Source: Phoronis australis
Taxonomy: Eukaryota; Animalia; Phoronida
Length of the DNA: 64,000 nt
Direction: 5' to 3'
NCBI GenBank assembly: GCA_002633005.1
Contig: NMRA01000083.1
Span: forward strand, 446,896-510,895
The position numbers were made by a program, and so were the translations under genes. Below are positions 14,008 through 28,701 of the stretch, in pieces; within the stretch, counting starts at the first letter, position 1; each line of letters begins with the position of its first letter. The notes beneath the pieces are model-generated. The model did no database searches. It saw only the letters and a list, made by a program, of their open reading frames with translations, and had not been told where the DNA came from.

Positions 14008-17000
14008 GCTATGTATTCAACAAAGGAGCAGCAGTAGCAATTTATGACTTTCTCTTTTATTCTGTTGTAGACAACCCATTTTTGTCCTTCAAAGACTGAA
14101 AAGACTTAACTTTTAATGACTGATTCAGTATTTATAAACCCAATTGCCAAAAAAGGCCTGCATTGCTTGTATTTTTTAACTGCCAGTCCTAAAAGTAACT
14201 CCCTATTCAAATCTCAACTGGTGAGAAGCACTTAAAATTGACCACAGGGAAATGAGATGTGGGGCCTCATGAGTTCACTGTTACAGTATTTAGGGTAAAT
14301 CTTCACTTATTTTGTATAAAAATAATTGCAAAATTAGTCAACTATTGACAGGCTGGTTACCTTTCTGTAATTAATAGAAAATCTGTCAAATATTGTTCTA
14401 CGACATCTACACAGTACAAAGTAAGCTTATGATAGACTGAAACTTTGTTACAATGTTTATTCTTGTTGAGAAATTTGATGAAATAAATTTTAACTTCACC
14501 ACCAAATTTTGTGCTAAATAGGAGAAGATTTACCTTACCACTATTTTTCATTAGTATTAGTTTGTGGCATTCATCATTTTGATGCCAATAACTGTTGCAT
14601 AGTGAGTTGGAATGCAGACATCAAAATCTTTTTGGAAAGCCAGTGAGGTGCCCATCAGTCATCGTCCACTTGTCCGACTCCGCTCTGAAGAGTGTTAGCT
14701 ACTCTATCTTTCGAACTAAGTCAATCCTCCGCAAAAGAGAGGAGTTAAATCAGGGATGTGGGGATTATCCATTTTTCAAACGCTGATAAATAATACTTAA
14801 AGGCTAAAATTACGATTTGTTTAATGTTTGTTGTCTTTTGTACAAACTATACCTATATTAATTTTTCTCTGGATATTTGACAAAATAAAAAATTCTATAT
14901 GCCTGCCACAAACGTTGAACTAAAAGGATTTAGATACTACATATTAGAGAAACAGCGCCCACAGTTTACCCAAATAGGCTTGACTATCAAACTGTATTAG
15001 CCAATAGTGTTATTATATTTAGAGTCTCAGCAAGTACTTGAGAAGTGTAGAGTAAACATCAGCATGTAGCCTTGTACACATGTGCAACCTTATAGCTAGA
15101 GGAGAAAACAAACAGATGACTGCAAGCAACACAAGATATTGGTGAAAACGCTGGCATCAATATGGAAACCAATAACAGCATGTGAAAAACAGAACAAATA
15201 CCAGCATGGTGATATTTATTTTTTACTCCTAACCCCTTGTCAATTGTTGTTATAAATCAATTAATTTGTTTACATATTTATACAATCTCATTCTTCGATG
15301 GCTGCCAGAACATGAGCTACCTAGAAAGCTAATTAAGCAGATAATTAGCCCCATATCATTTATTATAGATTGTGGTACAAATGTAATATGTCACTAATTA
15401 AGTAATTAATATCACATTTTACTGAATATAGTGCCATGCTATACAACAGAAAGTCTACCCTAAAACTTACTTGAGATCCTGTTGTCACTATGGCGACGAG
15501 AGAAGAATACCCTCTTGTAGGACATTATTGGGCTAGCTCAATTTACCTTCAGCTTTCAATGCATGTTGATAATCAGTTTATAAAATATCCAATGCGCTCA
15601 TCTATTATGTTGTGCTATTGTCTTATCACAGGTGCATCCATTGGACTCAACCATTATCATGTCGAACAGAGGGTGGTCCAGGCAGGTGGAGAGGGAACAT
15701 CATACCTGGACTAACTAGATATCTGCAGGAACAACAAATCAAACGCTGTGCAGTTAGATGTTAAGTCAACTATCTCCAAATTAAGAATGAATACAGTCAT
15801 TTGATTGCCCTCAAAGCAATGCATGATGCCACCAGTGTATCAGTGTAGTGTAATGTGGCCAGGCACCCTGTATTATTTTATCACTTTTATCAGCAAGTTG
15901 CAGCTAGTGTTAAGAGCAGTTAGTTAGATGTCTGTAAACTGATGATATCCGACTAGAATGGGAGATGACGCAAAACATAGGGGAGACACAAAGTTCTTCA
16001 TATCATTTAGTCATGACCATAAGCACTGAGCAAAAATATTCCACAAAATGTACATTTAACGAGTACCACGAAATACATTTTTAGGAATTCGGTTATTTTT
16101 GATTTGCTTCTTTTTCTCAAATAAAAATAGTTAACTTAAATGAACAGAGAAATGTTCTACCCATATCAAAAATAACCAGTTCTGTTCAAAACCGCTAAAT
16201 GACTTATTCAAATGGCAAGTGACAAAGAACAAAATCAAACACAAGTGTAGAAAATGGCCAAGACAAAACTAAATATTGAAAAACAAACCCAGGTCGGAAA
16301 CATAACAATAACAGAACACCTGCGATATGTCACAAATGGTTTATATGGGCAACCGATGGGAAGATTATGATGTGTTTAATACAAACACATGCACCTGATG
16401 TTGCCTTGAACAGACAGTGCAAAAACTACCCACTGCTACACTATCACGAGTTAATGCTAGACTAGTACACGATATTCACAATGAAAAGTTGACGAGATTT
16501 ATATTTTATCCTGATTTCCAGAACTAAAATGATCATTAGAATTATAAGGATTATTATATTTTTTAAATTCGCATTGCTTTAGATAATTTTACTTGCTATT
16601 TGATCTTGAAGATTAGTACAGAAACTAGGTCGAACAGTGATCTTCCCTAAACAGAAGCTGAATTTTACAGTTGCTTAATTTGTAAGAGGTGAACATTAGT
16701 GAACGGTGCCTGTGCATTCATTTAAGAATCAAATACTTCAAAATTCAATGTTTTCTGAAAAAGTTTTTTCAAGTCATACAATGAAAGTTTTCGATTTCTA
16801 AAAATAATTTGGTGTTGTTTCCAAGAAATACTGAGCACTGACAACGCGCAAAGCATGTTTTTCACATTGCTTTTTACCCAGTGGAAATGTAAAGGCTAAA
16901 TACATTAAACAGAGTAGCGTTCCTTACCATTAGACATTAGATGAAAGAACTTTTTAAACAAATGCATCAGTAATAAATAAAAGTCTAAATGAATTTCCCA

Positions 17001-17748
17001 GATTCTGAACCGTTCAACACACCACCTCTGGCAGCCAATTGGTCTATAAATCTACAAGAGTTTCTTCACCAAGTGAGAATCTCCAGGACACTCAACTACT
17101 TCTGATAAGGGTGTGCAACACAAAAATAAGGGTATTCACCCTTTCAGACAGACACCCTTTTAGACACCAAAAAGGAACCCATTGGCAGGCAGCTTCTGTG
17201 AAAAGCCAGCCTTATGCCGATTTTTGTGCTAGTAACCCCAAGTTATCCCTTTCACATATAATTAAATTGGAAAGGTACTCTTTCTTAGAAGGCTCTCTTT
17301 CTCATGAAAATCTGGACACGAGAAACAAGTTGCATGCCCCATCTGCATCTTCTATGGGAGTACCCCCATTTTTGAACTCTAACCCTTGGTCCACAGCTAT
17401 TCTTTTACTTGCTGGACTGGTGCCACAGCACAGTTACATGTTGGAAGCAGCCCTACCTCACAAATTGAGAGTGTCACCTCTAATTCTCTTCACGTGATAA
17501 TCTAATATTAAGCATTCAGACAGTTCACCTGCCATGGTTATTCTAACAAACAGTACTAGCTGCTCAAAAGCAAAGTGACATTTTAAGTTACCCTTGTATT
17601 TTGAAGAATAAATGTCAAGTTCATTTGTGCTAAAATTCTGCAATTTACCAAAACTTTCCTTTGAGTAAAATAACACCAGTCCTACAAATTTTCTTAGAGG
17701 TCAAAATTCATGGAAAACATAACATTGTTTTGTTGATGATAACAAATA

Positions 17749-17798
17749 TCATTAACATATGTCACTAACATATGTCATTAACATATGTCATTAACATA
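17749..17798 (+). repeat. 13-bp tandem repeat (TCATTAACATATG), about 3.5 copies
   Basis: Direct reading. Confidence 0.9.
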
Positions 17799-20700
17799 AA
17801 TGCTTTCTGAAGAAATAGCCTACATGGGAAATGATACAAAAACGCTCCAAGAAATTTTGCAGGTAGTTAATTGTTGGTTAGTTTGGCAGGTCCCACGCAT
17901 TCAGTGAAAAAATAACACCATATTTTATGTAGGATGTCAATGGACTTGTTACCCTTTTTCCACTCTAAGTAAAAAGTTGGAAGTCAAAGTCTACAGGCTT
18001 TCTACTTTCAGAAAATATACACTTTTACAGAGCTGAAGTGTATAGTTGTGTACACATTTGGGGAAATACACACACTTGTCCATAAGGTAACACACAACCT
18101 TAATGCAGATAAAAATGAAAAACACTATATTTTCAATGCTCAACAGAAATGTTAAGTAACAACAACCAAATACATGCACCATAAATGACAAACATTTCTA
18201 AAGACTAGAACGTACGTAGAATCAAACCACGACTGGTCAGTTCATTTGAATAACACTTAATGCATTTTTAATTCAAAAATGTATTTTTACTCCAATCTGG
18301 TGAATTTTGCCTTCAAACACTCTAGCATCAAACTATGCAAGAAGGGAGTACACTTGTTCATTATGCCTCCAATTAATATCTACGAGGGAAAAATTTGAGG
18401 GCCATTTTCAAGTAATAATGGGCTTGTTATATGTTATTTATTATTTGAAAATCAAACGAAATCACTGTGCACCTAATACCCAATGATTTTTAGTGAAAAA
18501 GCTTTAACTCATATTACCTGCAAATGCGACTAAAAACAAAAATGCTTTTACTCAAAACCAAAATACCATCGGTTAAAAAGTTCAACATCCAAACATGATT
18601 TTCTCATAACGAAACTGTTTTTACCAAAGGGTCAGAACTCGTCAAAGACATGCAGAATATTTGAACAATTTCAAAACCCATCAAATATTCAAGACATCCC
18701 ACCCCCGTGGCCCTGCAATCCAATGTGTGATAGTCATCAAGGTATGTGCATTTTATATCTATTTCCCTTTGAAGGTGTAAGTCTACCTGAGAACCTATAC
18801 CTGCATTCACACCTGTTCTGTCCCTATCAATTACCAAGTACCTGCTGAGAGACAACCATAGGTCCGCCTAATTTATGCATATCTGAAAAGAACATACGTC
18901 TCTTTCCCAGGCGATGCCAATTACTAATTAGGAATCCCCTATTGGGTGCTTGTCACACATTACACTTCACTGCTCATTCGTTACATCAATTTGAAGGAGC
19001 CAGAGATGTCAAAGAGATTTAATGATAAAATATTTTAATGTTACAAATGTGCTTTTAGACCTTTAGGTGAGAATTCGAGTTTTAATACGTACTTAGGTGG
19101 TCAAGGAAAACTGTCATCAATACATGCATCGTATTACGTAGTAGACTGTTTTAAAGCTGGATTTCAAACTAATTAGCTGGATACAGACAAAAACTGAGTT
19201 AGGGTTTTACTCTCATAAAATTGGACTCATAATATGCCTCAATGTGATAGAATTTAGGTTCATCAACAAAACCATGAGCAACTCAAGAAAACACTTTGGA
19301 TTTTACTAGTGTTTGCCCAACCTAACTAAAAGCAATACACAAGAAAATGCTTGTTTAATTGGGATTTGCCAAGCCTAAAATTGCAAATGGAAATAGAATT
19401 CTATCACCATAGTAAGAAATATTACGAGAACGATTTTAAGACAGTAAAAATAGTAGAGGCCTAATTTGATTTTTGGCTTTTAGCCAGCTAAACAAGGAAA
19501 AATGCAGCTTGAAATAAGAATTGAAAACCATATTCAAGTACGTCCCAATCAGATAATTAACTCCTGCAGTTATGTGACTTTAGTGGCGAAGCCCAAGAAG
19601 GCCAGATTTTGAATTTGTAACGTGTTCACTGAGGAAGGGTGAACACTTACATTCTTTCATTCTCATTGTTTTAGATTTTTGATCAAGGTACATTATTCAC
19701 TACAGATAATTTAATAGATTTTAAGCCTAAGTGGCATTTGCAAATTCCTATGTTTTACTCTTGTTTGCAATTAAGTAGATTGAATCTTAGTTTCCGTATG
19801 CTACTTTTTCCTGCCAGATACAATAACTATGATAAATTAATGTGAAAACCCCCATGACAAATAAATTATTCCCAGACAGCAGGCTAAAATGGCAAGAACC
19901 TATTACTTTCATTTGCTACCGTAATGCTCCATTTTTCTATTTTTCAAAGACTAATTACGGTACCTTGTTACAAATAACAGAGACTTTACCAAATGTTGCT
20001 TTATAACACCCTCAAACTAAAAACAACGTCAATAATAGACTGTTATGTTATTAATCTTTTTGTAGAGAAATTTGACAAAAAATTGCACTTGTCTGCCACA
20101 TTATGTATGGTAATAATACTGAAGAATTCCCATAGTTTGTTCGACATGCCCAATTACTCTCTTGTGACTTGAAGCAAAATTCAATATTACACAAAAATGT
20201 CACAAATCAACTTTGGTATTACATGTTAGTGACACCTTGATGGTTGTAAAGTTTTGCCATATTGTGGTAATGCTTCAGAACATAAGGATAGGCACACATA
20301 AACAGGTTCAATTGCCAAGGTCAATAGAAATATGTCAACAATTTCTAGTACATATTGTGGGCCACATTTTAAACTGTACTTAACACTGATCCTACCCAGC
20401 TGCCTTCAACTGCCATTGGTGCCAGGCTTACAAGTGTGTTTTCTTCAAAAAAGATTAAATCTAAGTGAGTCAGTTCAACAACATAACTGAATGGGAACCA
20501 GCCTGAATTAGCTTCTAACTACTATTACAATGAGTGCACAATGCCAATTACCAAGATAATTAATTATAGGCACAGTCAAAATATAGACAACATAGTACAA
20601 GGGCGAAACAAGTAACAATTGTCTTGGTGGTGTCTGGTGACGTTAAACTGGTCAAACGTGTCAGAGAGGTTATCAGAAACAACTGAGTACAGGCTAAGAT

Positions 20701-21001
20701 TAGTAGGAGCCAGGAGGCAGCCAAGACTTCCAAGCATCTCAGACCACTTGATGAGTGGAGACCAACAGCTGTGAGTGGGGTCTGTTTTCACTAGCATTGG
20801 CTGGCAGTGGGCTTCACATTGCCACCAACAGATGGGATGCAGCTTTACACCATGTTCAGGTCATGTTAAGTGATTTCACAGGGACTAGTGGGACAGACTG
20901 GCGCCAACAGTTATGAAGGCAACATGTGGAAAACTGTTGCTTACAAACATCTTACAAATAGAGCCAGTCAAGAATGGACAAACCAGATGGAGATGGAACG
21001 C

Positions 21002-21190
21002 ACTGACATCTCTTGGAGATAGGGCCAAAGCAGATACCACATGTGGACAGTGTTATGTGTCGACTGGTTACATAGCATTACTGCAATAACTGGCCTTCCA
21101 GTAGCACCTCACTTTGTCAACACTGTGAGAAAACTAATTGGCAATTCCCTAGCCAGTGACAACTCAATCCACCAACATTTGATAGAAAAG
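21002..21190 (+). pseudogene. Possible heavily decayed DIRS-type retrotransposon RNase H fragment
   Basis: One frame reads TDISWR*G...LHSI...HFVNTVR...LASDNS, matching the order and spacing of the DIRS TDAS..GWG / HIN.LE / HF / SDN motifs; contains a stop. Confidence 0.35.
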
Positions 21191-22489
21191 ATTTTAATCT
21201 TAAAAGTCTCTGCTTTATCTAGAAGATGAGAACATGAAAAACATTTGTGCCCAATGAAAAGTGTGTACTAATTGCTTCCTGCAGGGTCATCTCTAATTAG
21301 TTTGTAGGTTAAAAACACGTTTTTCACATTTAGGATTAATGAACGACAGATATACAGTTGCCAGTGCCAGACAGAATACGAATCACCAACAAAACTAGCA
21401 AATATAAATTATTTGAGAACTAGTCAGAAATCAATGATATCAAACTGAAAATGACTTGAAATGTGATTATTTCTTATTCAACTGAACATCAGTTTTTTAA
21501 TCCAATGCATGGTGGTGTTTGTCGACCACTGGCTTTGTGTAAAATATTCACAACTGAATAATAAAAATTTAAGTAAATACTGTCATTAACCCCTGCATCA
21601 TGCCGTGAGACTTTTGAACAACATTGGCAAAAATTCTCTCAGCATGTTTGGTGGTTTAACTGCACAGAAATGTCTTTGAAGAATTTCCTTCATAAACATA
21701 CTCTAGTCCTCTCCAGCAGAGCAGTAGATCAGTCAGCCATATGGTGTATAGACATAGTAATTAACTGGTGATTAGTCTGGTGGAAAGAATCACAACCTCA
21801 TCACTGGAGGTGTCACTAAGGTGTTCCACAGTATATAACATGTGAGGTATTCCTTGACATATTAGAGATTGGAGAAGCATGGTGGTCATCCAAGTGGTTC
21901 AAGATTATGTAGAGCAGTAGCTCAATAGTGACTGTCATTCTCAGTGACCTTTATATATAAATGCAGACTTGGCATAATAGAGAATGGTTTAGCGTTTATT
22001 TACTGCATTTATATTGGTAATGTTTAGAATTTGCCGTGTGATTTTAGGAGATTTAACAATTAAAAAGTAAATAAACAAATATTTCATTCACAAAATGTTG
22101 TGTTGTATAACATTGCCAGTATAACAGTGCACCATGGGGTACTGACCACTTCCCATAGTCACACATGTAAACCTCCTTGTCGGGTTAACACTCAACTTCA
22201 AAATTTCCAAATTTTCACTTTTGAATAACCATCCTCAAGTTAATGCCCACCTCCTATTTGATACAATCGAGATTTTCTTGAAAACGCCCATATGTGTAAA
22301 ATCGCGTCTCACCAAAAGGCTTAGAACTGACGCTTTCCATTGATTAACAAATATCACTCACATAGTGTTATTTCGTGTCGGAAAATTCCCGTACTCACCT
22401 ACGTTTTCTTTGATTTTTACTTTGTATTAATTCACATAAATGCAGCTCCTGTTCTAGTAAAGCCCAGTCACTTCTTTTTAAATGTCCAT

Positions 22490-22578
22490 GACCGACTTAA
22501 TGCCCTCCACCTCCCCAGGTTCTTTTATTTCCCAAATTTAAGGACCCTGGGCAATTAAACGAGGATGTTTAGGGATAC
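22490..22578 (-). mobile_element. Decayed terminus of a TACCGTA-type MITE
   Basis: Degenerate reverse complement of 44895-44970. Confidence 0.4.
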
Positions 22579-25500
22579 ACAACATGCGACTAAGCAATAG
22601 CAACCAGAACCTGTGCAATCTTGATTTACTCATAGGCAGACTTTTTGTTTTTCTTTCCTTCGTAGAAATCTCACCAATTTTAGACAAACATAACTACCAA
22701 AGTTGACCATTTCATCCTCAAAGGCAACCGTAGTCATGCCTGATGTTGTGTGTTAACTTGGAGAGACTTTAGCGCAGCATGTTAAAATACACTTACAGGT
22801 GATAGGTACATGTATAAAAGATAAGTGGGGAAATAACAGTTTCTACCATCTCGTTGAGGTGTGTGCGAATAAAAACAGGTAAGTTGTTGAAAAAACAAAA
22901 AATTGCTATTAGAAACACATCGATATACACAGAGTTCAGGGCTTAGGAAAAATAAAAGTTTGACTCAACTCTCTGCTTATGTCTGTGCCTGAAAACAATT
23001 AGCAAGAATAAGCAGGAAATCTGTTTACCATTTATAAATTCAGGAGTTAAACAAGTACGGTTCAAAAGGTTGCCCTGTGTTTCTTATAACGTAACAATGG
23101 ACAACAGAATCACGCAACTTCTGTTCTACAGGTGACAGAGATCTGGGAGCTGCAAATATCATCTGTGCAAAACACATCTGAACAAATAACAGATGAGGGC
23201 TGGGCTGAAAATAAACACAAAACATGCAGCATTTAACAGTAAATGTTGTAAATGAGAGCCGAATATTTATGTCATGCTGGCAAAATCAAATTTTACAGAT
23301 TGTTATGCTAATCAGTCAGGTATGGCCATCAAAAGTAAGAATTATGTGTTTACCACGTCATCACACTCCATACATATGGGTACACATGGTACACAGGTGT
23401 TCTCTTTGTTACCAACAGATGTCAGTATTGTATAGGATGCCAGGTTATGGTAATAGCAAATTCTTTCAATATCTGTTTGGAAATGCCAAAATAATAAAAT
23501 GAAAAAACAAGTATCACCCAATGAGGAATTAGAAAATTAGAATGAAGGTGCTGATATTGTAGAGAACTGAATAGCCAGTGTGGTTTGTTATGAGCATTAA
23601 TCTATAATCTATTGAAACATTGTCCTAATTATTCTTTAAATGATTCTCTTATAAAGCAAATTGTCATAAACTGTGATTTTTACTCAAACCTATGTGTCAG
23701 AACAGATTACATTCACTGCAATAGCATACAGCAATCAGTGAAAAACACGAGATCCATGAGTCTCCAGGGACTGAGCCATCATAACTAAGGAAGATAAGCC
23801 AGGGTTTTACCAGAACTGAGAATTCAGGAATTCCTTCTGGGCTTTTTTAATGTTGTAGTTTGGCATGAGATTTTAATGTCAGAATTGCGCATGAATGCAC
23901 GAGACAATTTCTTGTGTTCATTTACTGCGAAAACGATTGTATGATTTCATTCAAATTTTTAACGAAAGAAGCAGGCATAAATTAGTAGCACCTGACCTGG
24001 AGACTTTGAAAACATGAATATCATTATCACTATCAGATACCTCCTTATTTTGATGCTGGTATGATTACATGACAACATAACAACAAATTCTTCCATTTCT
24101 GCCAAACCCCAAACCCAACCCTCTTTTAATCTGAATTTTCTGCTTATTCTTACAAGCTCCCACACACAGATACTTAAAGGTAGAAATAAATACAATGATA
24201 TCAGATACCTTTATGACTTAAACCAAGCGTATCAACCACTTTCCTTGTAATGTTGTTATTGTTATTTGATGTTTGTTATTGTCTTTACATAATCAATAGC
24301 CACAGTGCTCTGTGTCCTGATAACAAAACCAATAGTTGGCCATATGGATCAGTCATAAGTACCACTACAAGTTACAGTACCTGAGACTACTAATGAGTTT
24401 CCTCACACATCTTAATTAAAAACCAGCTCTTGTGTGTGTTTACTCAACAATCTGGAGGACAGGAAAACAGCCACCTGTCTCCATCTGGTGGTGTAATGTT
24501 TGAAATGTCACAATCTGTCACAGTCACATGACACCAGAACAAACACACAACTGGGCAGAGGAACATTAATATAAGTTAATGTGTTCAGAAATGGTAACAA
24601 GACGTAAAGATGGTTCTCATCTACCGAAGAAAAGGACAGAAGCCTTGCCATTTTTCAAACACACATGTCAGGACTATAAACAGCAAATTTTTTCAAAATT
24701 ACAGAAAACAATAAACACTTTTTTACATTGAAATTAATATATAAAGTCACAGGAATTAAGGTATCTTTTGCCCCAACCTACATCAAAAACTAATAGCACA
24801 ACTATCCACCATAAATTAATGTTTTGTATGAAGTCAGAGGCTGGACGAGGGGGGTGAGAACAGAGGGAGGAATGGAGGGCAGGGAGACAAAGTGCTATTT
24901 CTTAATGTGAAATGAATAACTGATCATGAAGGTTTGCAAAGACAAAGTGGCCAACGGATACGGTACATAACTAAATTTATAATATGACAGACATAATTGG
25001 ATAAATTGGGAGTATGGCCTTATGCCACTACATGTACGTGTCTAAGGATACCATACCTGTCACTGCATCAGTCATCTTTCTTGTTCAAGTGGCCAAATCA
25101 AACCCGGAATAGTTCAACTACGCACATTTCGCCGGCTTAATCATGTGAAAATTTCTCCTGACACTGAATCGATACTATTGATTGCGGACTATTGGATCAC
25201 AAATCAACAGTACATGTTGTCCATCTGGTGTCAGCTACACGATGGGGACGTTCTCAAGAAGTGTGACGGAACCACGCACAGCTAGCACCACGTGCACAGC
25301 CTCTCACAACTCTCAACGCGTGCGTGCACACAATTCAATAAATATCATTACTAATTCATAATTCATCAAGGCTATCATGTTACATGCAAATAACCAGCAC
25401 ACAATACTATGGATTAGAAAGGGACTCACGCTGTCAAATATATTGTTTGATTATCGAGTTACTATTCTTACAATGTAAAAAGAATATCTATAATTAGAAA

Positions 25501-25679
25501 AAAATGCAATTTTAGACATCTTTCATACTAGCAAGCAAATGGTTGTGCGTAAGTATTTTTTGTAAACAAGCTGGATTATTGTAAACAAGCTAGATTGTTG
25601 TATCATTTGAATTTGATGCCTTACACGATAACTTAAAAGTTACACAAAGACAAATTGTGTAATTAAAGTAAAACCCGCA

Positions 25680-26179
25680 TTAAGGCCCAAATTTGGTCAA
25701 CTTTGGAACATCATATCTCAAAAATAGGTCAACAGATTCATACGAAACGTGCCACAGACATTTTATACATTGTTCTCCAAGACGCCGTTAGGAATTGTTT
25801 TTAACACGTTCCACTTTCAGAGGGGCTATCCAAAATAGGAGTTTTGTAATTTTTCTGACACTAACTGACAACAACTGTATAAAACAAAGACTAAAGGATA
25901 ACTTAGAAAACTATAACAACATTTTTGAGATGTGTTGAACAATTGTAATTAACCCGAAATTTGGTCATTTTATTGATGCCATTGTTTTGCTATTGAATGA
26001 TGTACCTTCTTTTTATGCAAATTTTTACTCAAAGACAAGGTCACGTGACCCAAGCAATGGCATACTGGTATGAAGTCAAAAGTCAATGGCTTTCTATTTT
26101 CAAGAAATATATAATTTTATGTACTTTTACCGAGAAGACATCTATAGTTTTCATGATATTTGGCCAAATTCAGTCTTGT
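25680..26179. mobile_element. TTAA-bounded (Kolobok-like) MITE; partial relatives at 43605-44457 and 46125-46978
   Basis: ttaaggcccaaatttggtcaa ... ttggccaaattcagtctt imperfect TIR; internal block ggtca(c/t)gtgacccaa...actggtat(g/a)aagtcaaaa shared with 44332 and 46853. Confidence 0.65.
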
Positions 26180-28701
26180 CCATAAGGCTCTATTTTTAAA
26201 TGCAAGTCAGACATGCATACTACAATAAGATTTGGACAAAATTCCACAGGAGGGTTGTCCCAGTTCATATAAGTTCAGATAAGACAGACTTCGCATAGTC
26301 AGAAAACACCAACGAAAAGAGTTGAAGTATGCCTACAATTGCACCGCAAACAGTATGTTTCTAAGTCAAGGGTGTTCATTAGTAACACAAAAATGGTCAC
26401 AACATGGCGCAGAATGCACCTAACTTGTCTGAAAATTGAAAGGCATCGTCACCTCCTTAATAGAAAACTAGTTGCCACATTTCATGAAAATCCATCTAGG
26501 AGTAAAATCACATAGGCAAACATAAAATAGTCCGACCCATTCCACTAGGAGGCAGAGCAGTAACTGGATCCGTCCATTTGTTGCCAACTTAATGGAAGCA
26601 ATACATAGTCAAGTTTCACAAAGGTCCTATACGGGGTTAGCGACACTACAAAAAATGCCACTATAGGAGGCACTTCAGCAGCTGGACCCAAGCGAAAATC
26701 AATGTCAATGAGAACACGCATGGGAATTAATTTAAGGCAAATCTTTTTGTCTCAAATTGAGAAATTGTAGTGATTAAAAGGTTTAGAGTTACAATGCCAA
26801 CATACTGGTTAGACTTCACCCCGCATAACCTGCACACCACAGCGAGCATTAACTGGTCTGATGTAATATTTACTACCTGCATTCTATTCCCCCCTCTCTC
26901 AATATACAGGTATTATTAAAGTCCTTAAATGAATCTTCCTCACCAGTCAATTTAGGGAACAGTTGCCATGCCTGGTGCACAGTTTACAACGAATCAATTT
27001 GCAATCACTCATAAACTGCCTGATATGTCAGTATAATGTACTTAAACCGAATAGCTTTTTCAATGTGTTTCTTGATTTTTGCTTTGGTCACAACTTCATC
27101 AAACAAGCAGGCAAAATTTCACACATTTACATTAAAACAGTACATCATAAGAGCCATTCTCTTACTATCATTCAGACCCTATAACGATATATTCAGTTGT
27201 ATAAAAACAATGAAATACACAGGTATTCTTTAAAAAAACAGAAAATGCAAAAATGAAAACACTCTAGACTGACTTAATGAAATTGCATGAAAAATGATGA
27301 TGATGAAGGTGATGATCATGACAAAAATGACCAAAGAATACCACAGTATGGTAAGTGGTAAACCAACAAAACTGCAGCGAAAAACAGTCAATAAAAGAAC
27401 AGTCATCAATAACCCTCAATTTACTCAACAATGGTAAATTGCAGAGAAAAGCACAAACTTAATAAAAACAGTCGTAGCTCTTGAAGATTTCTAATCACAA
27501 AATAAGTTTCAGAAAGATTTTTGATTGTTACCAACCAAATACAACAGGCCTTGAGCTATTGATGAGACACATATGTGTAGATTTCACATTCATTGGACAA
27601 GAAATACAACCTATAACGTAGAACAAGTAATAAAAAACAAACACGCAAATTATATTTAGCACTTAAATGATGACCAAGTTATGCATGATCAAATGAAAAT
27701 TCTTCTCCGCTTTCTGCTCGAAATCTATTCAGGTGACAGAGAGTGGGTTTACTCATTAGCACTACTGAATATCAAAACCTATGTTGCGCTTAAGTGGTGA
27801 CACCTTGTGAATGAAGGTAAGACCAACAGGTCTCACTGCAAGGGTGAGCCATGAAGCCCATATCCAAGCTGTGTTTAGTTATCCCATATGATGTATACAT
27901 CAACTACACTTTACACATGGCAATTGGCAATAATCCAGTTGTAATAAATTCTCTGTTTCATGAGTGACTCATGACAAACATAAAATTATCGCTTGTCCTT
28001 TGATATCAGGGTCAGAATTAGTTATGATTCCCAGATGTGGGAATCTGTCTTGTTTAGATATGGTAGTTTCCTTAAATTCAAAACAACTGCTAAAATCCTC
28101 GTTTTCATTTTTTTCAAAAGCTCATTGCATTTGGTTAAAATGCATGAAATATCTAAAGCTATCTTTGAAAATGCAAAGACCATCTTTAGTGTTTGAGGCT
28201 ACACAAAAAAGTGCCGTGAAGTGGTGGGATCCATTTTACATTATGACATTACCACTGCTGAGCTCACGCTCATTTCGTACTGGTACAATATTTGTCAGTT
28301 GCTGTCTGACATTATCATGTAATTATTATATAAATACAAGCTTGTACAAGGGATTTCCCAAGCAAACCATATTTTGGAAGAAACTGAACTGCTATTAGGT
28401 ACCCACAGCCATCAAACGTTGGCATGATGTGATCCAATATTCAAATTTCACTGCATTCTGTAGGATGACTCTGATAAGAGGTGGTGCAAACAATTCAAGA
28501 AAGAGAGCCCTGCACACTGCAACTGCATACTGTCTTTTTGTTGAGATGTGACCCAATCTCTAAGTTGACCAACACAATGGAGCTATACCTGACTTGTGTG
28601 CACAGCCACTTGTAAAATGACCATCTAAATTCCCTTCCCCCCAGAAGAATGCAATGAAATTTCAATCAGGGAGGGAGGGCGTTATGTTCTAACATAGCAT
28701 T

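Noticed and set aside
27287-27356. Plus-strand first exon MKNDDDEGDDHDK... ending ATG|GTAAGT
   Set aside because: The open frame is largely a (GAT)n microsatellite and no downstream partner exon was found
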